Origin: Mesotaenium endlicherianum
Taxonomy: Eukaryota
Direction: 5' to 3'
DNA: 32,491 nt
Assembly: GCA_009602735.1 (NCBI GenBank)
Contig: WELA01002181.1
Span: 156,708-189,198 of the forward strand
Part shown: positions 19,701 through 30,063 of the stretch, piece by piece
How the letters are laid out: the number at the start of each line of letters is the position of its first letter
How positions within the stretch are numbered: the stretch's first letter is position 1
Program-made: the position numbers and the translations under genes
Notes under the pieces: model-generated
Databases searched by the model: none
What the model was told of the DNA's origin: nothing
The model's input: only the letters and a program-made list of their open reading frames with translations

Positions 19701-21522
19701 TACCTTGGGTGATTTTCCCTAGATAGCGCCACAAAAGTGAATCTGGAACTTGAGGAAGCTAGTTATAGCCTCAATGATGCACTTATACTATGGAAATGCA
19801 AGACTTATGTAGTCTAAGGGGCTCGCGAATTTGTGCGTACAAAGCTAGGGGTTTTTGGGGTCACGAAGAGCCCACAATGTCATCTTCGGGGACATTGAGT
19901 CACAAGTTGGCCTTTGGGAAAGTTCCGCTAGGGGCCGGTAGGTGACGCGGACTAGATCGCAAATATCTGGCTTGTCACTTGACCAAATGACGCGAAATCG
20001 GTGCCATTCGGAAGATGCTTAGACGCGCTACACTTTGGTGACTTGGAAATCTAGAAAAGGTCAACATATAGATGCGTAAGGTCAATGCAAAGTCGGTCTT
20101 CCTAGGTTGACGTTTCGCACAAGTTAAGCTCCGTTTTGTACGTCAACCCCGACTCATTAAATCATGACATGGCTGCTACACTCAGGTATAGGCTAAAGCG
20201 TGGAGTCTGGGTATGTGAAACCGATTCAGGCAAGTGAAAATTGGTCATTTCCAATCTCCTGGAACTAAGATCTCCACTATCAAGTCAGGCTCATGACAGT
20301 TTACTCGGTGGACACTTGGGGCAGGCCAAAACTGTTGGCAAACTGGCAAAGCATTACCACTGGGAAGGGTTACCTCGGGAGGTCTTAAAGTATGTTAAGT
20401 CCTGTGATTAGGGTCAAAACAGCAAGTCTAGACATCCCCCCTCTGGGGGGTTATTGCAACCAATACCCATTTGTGCTGAAAGATAGGAGACTATCTCAAT
20501 GGACTGGATGGTGACACTATCAAGAACTGCCAATGGGCATGACTCTATTTTGGTAGTAGTGGATAAACTGGCAAAAATGGTCATTTTATCCCCACCACTG
20601 TTAAGGTGACTGCTCTTGACACTGCGAGATAATTCTACACTCTTGTATTATGCCAACATGGGCTACCCTCCAATATAATCTCAGATCAAAACTCAAACTT
20701 TACCTCTAAATTCTGGAGAGCATTATTAAGATTAATGGGAGTCAAACAGCTACTCAGCACAATAAACCACCCTCAGACTGATGGGCAAATTGAAAGAACT
20801 AACCGAGTCTTGCAGGAGGTGCTGAGAGCCTATATAAATCGAAGACAAGATAATTGGGATGACTTGTTGCCACAGATTCAGTTTGCTGTTAACAATAGTG
20901 TGCATGCGGCAACGGAAAACTCCGTTTGAATTCAGTCTAGGTAGAGTCCCTAAGTCTCCCTTAGATGACCTGGGGCAGTCATTGACTCACCCTGAGGGGA
21001 TTGACAATCCGGTCTCCCTTCAGCTGACTCAAGAGTTTGCTGATACCCTATCAGAAGTTCAGCACAACTTATACAAAGCACAAAAAAACCTAACAAAAAT
21101 GCCAATTAACACTGTCGGGTGCTAACATTGTCTAAGGGTGAGTTGGTCAAATTGCATTCTCAGCACCTGTACCTGGGGTCATCAAGAGAAAGCTTCGACC
21201 TGTTTGTGTTGGTCTATATTTGGTGGTACGCAAAATGCTTACAAATTGAACATGTCAGCGAAATACAAGGGTCACCCAATCTTTAGTGTCTCTTTCCTAA
21301 CCATACATTAAGGGTGATAAACTGTTCACATGTCGGTAACCTATCCAACCGTGATCGGTCCCCGCGGCCAAGGATGGTGATCCTGAGGAACATGAGGTTG
21401 ATAAAACTTTGGAAGCTCGCTCTGTTCGTCGATCATCTAAACATGTCATGAAGTATCTGGTCAGTGGGAAGGGATATGATGCATCTGGAGACACTTGGGA
21501 ATTTTGAGACCATTTAATCAAC
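16742..21522 (+). pseudogene. pol: pol pseudogene of A2, interrupted at 19073-20169
   Basis: Fragments VDGGASH, VDYRALN, VFLDDIL, HPQTDGQIER and a chromodomain remnant; many stops and frameshifts. Confidence 0.92.
19073..20169 (-). mobile_element. Probable solo LTR of an unrelated family (1097 bp) inserted in A2 pol
   Basis: Non-coding interruption of pol colinearity; ends TGTCGTG...CATGACA; flanked by TGGC on both sides; strand is tentative. Confidence 0.7.
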
Positions 21523-22224
21523 TGTAATGAATCAGTATATTAGTAAATGTAATAGTTAATTAAGTTCAGCCTACTGAACTCTAAGTAATATTGAGTCTGC
21601 TGGACTTTATATAATTATCAGTTTAAGGGCTCAGCCGGAAGCAGCAGGCTGAAGCCAACTTAAGTCAGCTCGCTGACACATTCTTTGACAGCCAGCTGAC
21701 TTCCGTACTCGGTAGCAGCAAACTGCCTCGATATGCATCTAAGTGTGGTATGCTAGATGAATGGCCAAATGACATCCCTACGATGGATGGCGATTCAGGA
21801 TGATGGGAGATGGCGGTGGATTTGGTTAACCGAGGTCCTACCAACGTGGTTAACTCCCGGGTAGGCGGTGCCATCGCACTGGCCGTTGAACAGTAAACTC
21901 ATTCCCTGTACATATGCTAGACATTGCTCTCGAGTTCGGCATTCAGAAACGAGGCCAACTCTCTTGTACAGCTTACGGAGAGGGATCTGAATCCAAGGCG
22001 AGAAGCCATTGATACGCACTGTCTTCCAACCTTGCTTATGTATGAGTTTACTGGTTGCATTATTGATGTTAGTTTACTTGCATATGACTTACGAGTATTA
22101 TTCACTGCTAGCGTGTTGTCCTTTGCTGTGAAATCAATTAACGGAAAATACCATGAAGATTACTTGCTGATATAAAGATCTTTATTAATTGTTAATTGCC
22201 TATTTGGTAAGTCGATTCATTTCA
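21523..22224 (+). repeat. 5' LTR of A3 (702 bp)
   Basis: TGTAATGAATC...GATTCATTTCA followed by G-TGGTATCGGAGC. Confidence 0.95.
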
Positions 22225-22258
22225 GTGGTATCGGAGCAGTTATCACAGTCTTCTTTGT

Positions 22259-24002
22259 ATGATAAGGACAAGGTCTCAAACTGGCAACTCCCGAGACATG
22301 GAGAACCAGGATAACGAGAATGTCAAAAACCAGGCGGAAAGCCATGTAGGAACCCGTACCTATTCTGAAGTAGTTGCAGATACTGCAGCAAGAGAGGCTG
22401 CAGATGAGGCAGCCGCTATTGCCGCAGTCGCAGCACAGCAAGCTGTGGAGGAGAGAGCCAGATTAGAAGCTGAACAATTAGCAAAGGCCGCTGAAGATAC
22501 AGAAAGGAGGGAAGGATAGCCAACTGAGGAGCGCACTGTTGAAGAACTTATGGCATCAAGGGCCAATGTTCTGAACCCACCTCCTGCTGTACAACTCAAT
22601 GTACCCCTAGGTCAAATACGTGACCGGCTGAATGCGGCAGGAATTGCTGCTGCAAGAGCGAGAGGGACTGTTGAGGACACTACTCAGCGAGTAGATGCCA
22701 CCGCTACTGCTGCATTTGCTAGACTACCACTCCAGAGTGTAGACTTGGGAGCATTCTTCGTTCAAATGCAGTCGCAAATGGCGACCATGTATCAATCCCA
22801 ACAGGAGGACAAAAGAATCATAATGTCTCTACTGCGGGACAAAGACCAACTGGGTTCTCAAACCACTGGTGGTGGTGGCAGAGGGCCTAGTAAGCCCAAG
22901 CCGAAACCTCCCCAGGACTATGATCCTGAGGGAGACAGAAAATATTACCTGATCAAGTTTCTCGCGGATGTTGAGCAGTGGCTGGAGAACTACCCAGAAC
23001 TGCAAGATTACGAGAAGGTCAGGCACACCAATGCGCTACTGAAAGGCAGTGCCGCAGACTGGAGGCTATAGTGGAAAGGAGAGCGTAAGGCTCGGCAACT
23101 CGATGACCCTATGTGGGTAGAGTTTGTCGAGAAGTTGCATTAGAAGTTTGATGTCTTCAACCAGCAGGAGAAAGGTATCTATGCGATGATCTCCCTGACA
23201 CTGAAGCAGACCACTTCAGTTGCTGAGTTTGCTCAAAAATTCCAGGAGAACATGATGAAACAGCCAAACTTGCCAGAACGGTATAGGNAACTTGCCAGAA
23301 CCATATAGGATAGCATACTTCAGGTCTGGCTTGAAATCCGAAGTCTCTGGTCATTTTGCTGCGAAGAAGTATGAGAAACTGGCTAACTTGATCCAAAATG
23401 CTGATGCCTGGGATGAGCAGCAGTTTAATCACAAGCGCCAGAGTAATGCTTTGGTGTCTAAGATTGTCAAAAGCCCCACGGTTCCTACAATGCGATTGAA
23501 GGAGACCAGGCTAAGGATGATTAGGGTGATGAATATGAGTATGAGTATAATGCTATACAGTCTAGAGGTAGAGGTGGTTCCTCTCGAGGCGGCTATGGAA
23601 GAGGTGGTGGTAGGACTAAGCCGAGACCAGCCTCAGCAAAATCCACTTGCTACCATTGTCAGCAGTTGGGCCACTACAGAGAACAGTGTCCAGTCAAGCA
23701 CCTTTTGAAGGTCGAGAGAGAAGACCAGCCTTTAAAAGACAGCAACCCTAAGCCACGCTGAGGATGATCAGGGTGATGGATATGAGTATGAGTATAATGC
23801 CATACAGTCTAGAGGTAGAGGTGGTTTCCCTCGAGGCGGCTATGGAAGAGGTGGTGGTAGGACTAAGCCGAGACCAGCCTCAGCAAAATCTACTTGCTAC
23901 CATTGTCAGCAGTTGGGCCACTACAGAGAACAGTGTCCAGTCAAGCACCTTCCGAAGGTCGAGAGAAAAGACCAGCCTTTAAAAGACAGCAACAGTCAGT
24001 AA
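22259..24002 (+). pseudogene. gag: gag pseudogene of A3
   Basis: Near-identical to A1 gag but with stops/frameshifts, the segment missing from A1, a complete CYHCQQLGHYREQC knuckle and a 237-bp duplication. Confidence 0.92.
23510..23993 (+). repeat. 237-bp tandem duplication of the gag 3' end with a 10-bp filler
   Basis: 23510-23746 and 23757-23993, separated by CCTAAGCCAC. Confidence 0.9.
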
Positions 24003-27000
24003 TCCAGTCTACTGACTGTGAGGATGCTAGAGATAGTGAGTCGTCACTAGCTGCCCTCGTAGCAGGTATTATGGGTCCTGCTGAACTGGATTCACTATGC
24101 ATGCCTGACAACCAGATAAAGGAGACCATCAGCAATATAGACGTCCAGAGAGTGCACACTCTGGATGCTCTTGTTCCACCTGATGTCCAACATTTCTTTG
24201 CTACGTCAGGAGAACAATGCGAAAGTCAGGAAAAGACAGTCCCCCCTATCCTACTGCATTGCATGATTGCAGGTAGGAAGGTGAGGGCATTTGTTGACGG
24301 AGGGGCGTCACATACTTTTATCCACAAGGACTTAGTTAAGCGGCTAAGGCTGCCTACTGTCACCCAAGGGAATAGAAAAATATTCCTTGGAGATGCCTCA
24401 AGTATCCCGGGAGGAGTTATAACCAAGCCTATTGAGGTCCAGTTAGGTTCTGGCATTGCAGTTCTAACTGAAACGCTTACATTTGAGGTACTCAACACTG
24501 GCTTTTATGATCTCGTGCTAGGCAGGTCCTGGCTTAATAGACATCAAGCTGAAGTGTGTTGGAGCAGAGGTACAGTTAAAGTGAGAGGAGCCAGTGATGG
24601 GCAGACTGACTTGGCACCCACCAGTGCTCTTCCTCTTGTCCTGTGTGGATGGCAAATGAAGGAAAAGAAGAGGCTTCCAGAAGGATGCAAGTTGCTGAAT
24701 GCAATGGAGTTCGTCAAAAGCTGGAACCAGAAGGAAGACAGAATGTTCTGCTGCTCAAAGAGGTACCTCCTCAACCTGAAGAAGTGGTGGAGAAAAAGGT
24801 AAGCCCTCCGGAGCACCCTACTGCTGCAAAAATTGTTGCTCAGTACATGGATGTATTTAATATGCCTCCAGGACTACCCCCTAAGAGAAAAGTAGATCAT
24901 AGGATTGATTTATTATCTGGGAATCAGCCACCCTGGCAACGCACTTATGACTTGTCTTATGTGGAGAGCGAGGAGTTGAAAACACATATTGCACAGCTTG
25001 AGGAAAATGGTTATATTTCCCCCAGTAAATCACCGTACGGCGCACCTATCCTATTTGTTAAGAAAAAGGATGGCAGTATGCGGATGTGTGTGAATTACAG
25101 AGCTCTGAACAGAATTATAGTAAAGAACAAGAATGCTTTATCCATAATCAAGGACTTGCTGGATACCCTGTCTGGTGCTAAGGTGTTCAGTAAGATAGAT
25201 TTCAATAGTGATTATCATCAAATCAGAATTGCTGAGGGGGATGAACACAACACTGCCTTTCGCACACGTTATGGACACTATGAGTTCAACGTGATGCCAT
25301 TTGGAGAGAATAATGCTTCTACGACCTTCATGGGTGCTTTGAATGACATTTTCAGACCTTATTTGGATAAGTTTGTGCAAGTTTTCCTGGATGATATTTT
25401 ATTTTTCTCTAAAGATGAAGCTCAGCACGCTGAACACTTAAAGTCAGTCATGGACACTCTGAGAAGATATCACTTACATGCTAAAATGAGCAAGTGTGAT
25501 TTCTTTAACGAAAGTATTGAATTCTTAGGCTACGTTGTCAATAAAGAAGGCATTCGTGTGGATCCTAAGAAAGTCCAGACCATAAGGGACTGGCCAGTAC
25601 CACAGTCTGTCTCTGAAGTTAGATCCTTCCTCGGGTTGGCTAACTACTATAGGAGATATATTGAGAATTATTCTACAAAGGCGAGTAAACTGACTGACCT
25701 TACTAAGACAGACATAGGGTATGTGTGGGGGGAAGAGCAGCAGGCTGCCTTCCAGACCCTTAAAGATGCTCTTTGTTCTGCCCCGGTGCTAGCCGTGTAT
25801 GACCCCAGCAAATCGGTGCACGTGGTCACTGATGCCTCTGACTTTGCCATGGATGCTATTTTGTTGCAGCCTGCTGACAAAACCACAAAGGATGGTAAGG
25901 TACGGCAGGAGTGGCATCCTGTGTTGTATGAATCTATGAAATTTAATCCAACGGAGATTAATTACGCAGTGCATGATAAAGAGCTGCTAGCTATCATTCA
26001 TGTGCTCAGACAGTGGAGAGCATACTTACACGGTAAAGCTTTTAAGGTGATTACATATCATCTAGCTCTAACTCACTTTCAAAAGAAGTCTAAGCCGTCG
26101 AGGAGGGAGAACCGCTGGAGCCAGATGCTGGAGCAGTTCCAAGTCCAAATCGACTACAAACCAGGGAAGTTGAATCCTGCCAATGCACTCTCTAGAAGAC
26201 CTGACTTGCAAGAAAGGAACTTTAGTCAGCATACTGTAGATAAAGTCTTGTGTGCACTCACTTCACTGAAGGTGAAAACTCCTTCCTTGAACAACTTAGG
26301 AAAGCCTACCTTTCTGACCCAACATTTGAGCCCAGCCCCATTACTAGAGTGTGTCGTGCTACAACACTCGAGTATAAGCTTAAGAAAGGGGTCTGGGTGA
26401 CTGAGACCACTTCAGGCAGGTTGAAGCTGGTCATTCCTAATAACTTGGAAATAAGGTCCCTTTTATTGAGTCAAGCACATGACAGTTTGCTGGGTGGGCA
26501 TTTGGGGCAGGCCAAAACTGTTGGCAAACTGGCAAAACATTATCATTGGGAGGGATTACCTCGGGAGGTCTTGAAATACGTTAAATCCTGTGACCAGTGT
26601 CAAAAGAATAAGTCTAGGCACACACCACCGGGGGGCCTCTTACAACCGCTGCCCATCCCAGTTGGCTGCTGGGAAACAATATCCATGGACTGGGTGGTCA
26701 CACTGCCACGAACTGCTTATGGGCATGATTCGATACTGGTAGTCGTGAATAAACTGACAAAAATGGTCATTTTCATCCCCACAACTGTCAAAGTAACTGC
26801 ACACGAAACACGAGACAGCTCTACAACCATGTAGTATGCCAACATGGGCTACCCTCTAACATAATCTCAGACAGAGACTCAAAATTTACCTATAAGTTCT
26901 AGAGGACTTTAATGCGGTTAATGGGAGTCAAACAGCTGCTCAGCACAGCAAACCACCCTCAGACTGATGGGCAGACTGAGAGAACTAATCGAGTTCTGCA

Positions 27001-27780
27001 AGAGGTACTGAGAGCCTATATTAACCAAAAACAAAATAATTGGAATGACCTGTTACCTCAAATCCGATTTGCGGTCAACAGTGCGGTGCACGCGTCAACG
27101 GGCAAGACTCCTTTTGAACTAAGCCTGGATAGAGTCCCTAAGTCTCCTTTAGATGTACTGGAGGAGTTTTTAACTCACCCTGAAGGGTTTGACAATCCGG
27201 TCTTCCTCCAGTTAACTCAGGAGTTTGTTGACACCCTGTCAGAAGTCCAACAAAATCTGCACAAAGCCCAAGAAAACCAACAAAAGTACGCTAATCAGCA
27301 CCGTCGAGAACTGACCTTTTCTAAAGGCAATTTGGTCAGACTACATTCTCAGCACCTGTACCTTCCAGGTGTGGTCAAGAAAAGCTTGGTCCTGTCTGGG
27401 TCGGTCCATATTCGGAGGTGCGCGGTGTCGGTCAGAATGGTTAAAAACTGAACATGTCAGCAGAATACAAGGGTCACCCGGTCTTTAATGTCTCCTTCCT
27501 GGAACCTTACATCAAAGGGGACACACTGTTCACAGATCGGTTACCTGTCCAACCGGGACCGGTCCCAGCTGTCCGGGACGGTGACCCTGAGGAATATGAG
27601 GTTGAGGAGATTTTAGACGCGCGCTCGGTTCGTCGATCGTCTAAATATGTCATGAAGTACCTCATTCGATGGAAGGGTTACGATGCCTCTGGGAACACTT
27701 GGGAATTTAAGGACCATTTGACCAATGCCAAAGGGGCGTTGAAACGGTTTCACCTTCGGGCGGCTGGAGCCCCTCCATAA
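23978..27780 (+). pseudogene. pol: pol pseudogene of A3 (full length, frameshifted)
   Basis: ORF pieces 23894-24802, 24643-26400, 26250-26834, 26912-27451 and 27454-27780 tile A1 Pol through the chromodomain. Confidence 0.95.
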
Positions 27781-28174
27781 CAATCATTTCAGTTGACACG
27801 GGAAGGTGACAGGAGGTCCTGCCTCCATTTAACTTGGAGGGGAAAATATATGACAATTAGTGAGCGAGAGCGAGAAAGGGACAGTTATGTGAACCCTAAG
27901 TGTCAGCATAGTGACAAGTGGGACAGCCTGGCCCACATAAAGCACCTTGGGTGGAAGGAAAAGGGGCCTCGCGCAGCAATACATCACTTAACGCACCGTA
28001 AAACACATTCATACGTTTAGGTCTAGCGCACCGCAACTACGTCAACTCCTAGCAATCAACCTGTATGGTAAACACGAGCGAATTCGCCATACTAATACAA
28101 ACTTAATTCCTTCCTACAATTCCTACGACAAAGGTCGATATCCTACTAACTTGTGCCCTGGTTACATGTGCAGG

Positions 28175-28229
28175 ATGGCTCCCACCATACAAAAGGAGGA
28201 CAGAAAGCGCAAGGCAGAAGAAGCCAGGA
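28175..28229 (+). pseudogene. 5' stub of ORF3 in A3, cut by the insertion of element B
   Basis: Encodes MAPTIQKEDRKRKAEEAR versus MAPTTQKEDRKRKAEEAR in A1. Confidence 0.88.
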
Positions 28230-28731
28230 TGTAGTGATTTGAGTTATTATATATTAGTTTGCATATATTTAATGTTTTCAAATATATTTGGAGTAGTATT
28301 GTGTGGAGTCAAGTGTGAATAGGTACTCTAGTAACTTGGTTCATGTCCTTTGAACCTTCCAAGGCATTTTCGAAGTTAGAGGAAAGACCTAGAAGAACTC
28401 CATGTGGCAAAAGTCAAATGTGCCATTTTTAGGTCAAAAGGACATGTGTACATTATTCTAGAAAGAGGTGGCAAGTTTTGGGATGTGTTGGGTGCCAACA
28501 CATCAACATACACCTTCCTAGAAATTACTTATGTAGCAAGTATATAAACAAGAGCTAGAACATAGAAAGACATTCCAGAATCACTCTTGTACTTGCCAAA
28601 ATCCAGAAATATATTAACTTTCAAGAAGCCATCTCTCTTTCAAGAAGCTACCACTTGTGTTCAAAGATCCTTGTCTTGAATAGATAAAGTATTCTGTTTT
28701 ACTAAGTACTTTATCTATCTGTTTCACTACA
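28230..28731 (+). repeat. 5' LTR of element B (502 bp)
   Basis: Perfect 8-bp terminal inverted repeat TGTAGTGA...TCACTACA; TATATAAA at 28541-28548; PBS follows. Confidence 0.9.
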
Positions 28732-28732
28732 G

Positions 28733-28748
28733 TGGTATCGGAGCTAGG
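28733..28748 (+). promoter_or_regulatory. Primer binding site of element B, tRNA-iMet type
   Basis: TGGTATCGGAGCTAGG 1 nt after the LTR. Confidence 0.9.
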
Positions 28749-28768
28749 CACTTTGGTAGCACAAGAAG

Positions 28769-30049
28769 ATGGCCGATCCTCAAGACCAACAGCAAGCTTT
28801 CGAAGGAAGCCCTTCCTCTCCAAGACACCCTCCTCCAGCGCCGATGGGAGAGCCCACTCAAGAAAATCTGCAACAACAAGAAGCACCACAAGGAGGAGCA
28901 CACCCTCCTCCAGCGTCGATGGGAGAGCCTACTCAAGGAAATCTCCAACAACAAGAAGCACCACAAGGAGGAGCACCGTCAAATCCCGTGGCAGCCGCTA
29001 TAGCAAAGTTGACCCCACCACAAGGAGTTCCCGCAAATGAGTGGGCAGCCTTCCTAATGACCGTCCACAACCAAGTGGGCTTGGCCACCTATGAAGCAAC
29101 CGTGCAAGCGTCAAGAGAAGCTATGGCTGCCATGGTTGCCCCTATTGCGAGCAATGCTCAAAATCCAGCCCCGGCTCAAGCGCCTCCACAAGAGCCAACG
29201 AGAGCAAGGAAACTCATCAAGCCCGGCAAACCCGACACTTTCAACCCCGGGAAAGGTGCCAACCTGAATTTATGGCTCTACCAAGTGGAGACGTACCTCG
29301 CATTCCTTGAAGTACCCGAGGAGGACTACGTTCCCTTTGCCGTTACCTTACTTAGAGGAGCAGCAACATCATGGTGGCGTAACTATCAAGCGGCTATATA
29401 TCAAGCTATGGCGCACCCCATGCTCGGCCAAGAGCCCCCACCATCATATGCAAGATGGGCAGATTTTCGTGAGGCCCTCAAGAAGCAATTCATGCCCATC
29501 AATGCGGAGAAGATTGCCCGAGGAAAGCTCCACCATCTCAAGCAAACGACGTCCGTTCAAGAGTATACATCCAGATTTCACGCCCTCACTCTTGAGATCC
29601 CCAACATGTCTCTCGAGGAGAAGATTGACCGCTACATCTTTGGCCTCAAACCCAAGGTGGCAAAGGAAGTGGAGTTACGCGACTTGACGGACTTCTCAAA
29701 GATCATTGAAGTGGCCCAAAAGGTGGATACCTTGGATTTCAAGCACTCCGTGCCTTCATCTTCACGGGTACCGACGACGCGGGTGTACGCAGCCCCTTCC
29801 ACATCCGAATCTGGACCCACACCCATGGAAATCGGAGTTATTAAAAGGGACCCCGCGGCTGCCCGGAAGAGTGGAAGACCCTCCAATGACACTTATGATG
29901 CAAGAAACCAGCAAGGAGTGAAAGCAAGACTCTCCCCGGCTGAAAAAGAAGCTCTCATGACGGCTGGACTATGCTTTTATTGCAAGGAAAAGGGCCATCG
30001 TGCACTTTCATGCCCCAAAAAGTTGTCAAAAAACGGACAGCGCCGGTAG
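28769..30049 (+). CDS. gag: Gag of element B (426 aa), intact
   Basis: [36 protein letters not shown] and CCHC knuckle [14 protein letters not shown]. Confidence 0.95.
   Translation: MADPQDQQQAFEGSPSSPRHPPPAPMGEPTQENLQQQEAPQGGAHPPPASMGEPTQGNLQQQEAPQGGAPSNPVAAAIAKLTPPQGVPANEWAAFLMTVHNQVGLATYEATVQASREAMAAMVAPIASNAQNPAPAQAPPQEPTRARKLIKPGKPDTFNPGKGANLNLWLYQVETYLAFLEVPEEDYVPFAVTLLRGAATSWWRNYQAAIYQAMAHPMLGQEPPPSYARWADFREALKKQFMPINAEKIARGKLHHLKQTTSVQEYTSRFHALTLEIPNMSLEEKIDRYIFGLKPKVAKEVELRDLTDFSKIIEVAQKVDTLDFKHSVPSSSRVPTTRVYAAPSTSESGPTPMEIGVIKRDPAAARKSGRPSNDTYDARNQQGVKARLSPAEKEALMTAGLCFYCKEKGHRALSCPKKLSKNGQRR
28826..28975 (+). repeat. In-frame 75-bp tandem duplication in B gag
   Basis: [25 protein letters not shown] / [25 protein letters not shown]. 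Confidence 0.9.
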
Positions 30050-30063
30050 GCCAGGAGCCTACC
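30028..30063 (+). promoter_or_regulatory. Predicted -1 frameshift signal of element B
   Basis: A AAA AAC (30028-30034) in the gag frame; stem GGTAGGC/GCCTACC (30045-30063); pol is in the -1 frame. Confidence 0.75.

Larger units (their letters stand above)
14552..21522 (+). mobile_element. Gypsy family A copy A2, old and decayed; 3' part displaced by insertion of A3
   Basis: LTR, PBS TGGTATCGGA (15262-15271), degenerate gag and pol colinear with A1; pol breaks off inside the chromodomain-coding end at 21522. Confidence 0.93.
21523..28229 (+). mobile_element. Gypsy family A copy A3, nested in A2 and interrupted by element B
   Basis: LTR starts directly inside A2 pol with no PPT; PBS at 22226-22237; gag, pol and the start of ORF3 follow. 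Confidence 0.94.

Noticed and set aside
21523..22224. Shared middle LTR of a tandem A2-A3 element
   Set aside because: No PPT or ORF3 precedes it and it interrupts pol mid-domain, so a nested insertion fits better.
23266..23312. Short duplication AACTTGCCAGAAC..TATAGG around an N
   Set aside because: Flanks an ambiguous base at 23288; most likely a contig-join artefact.
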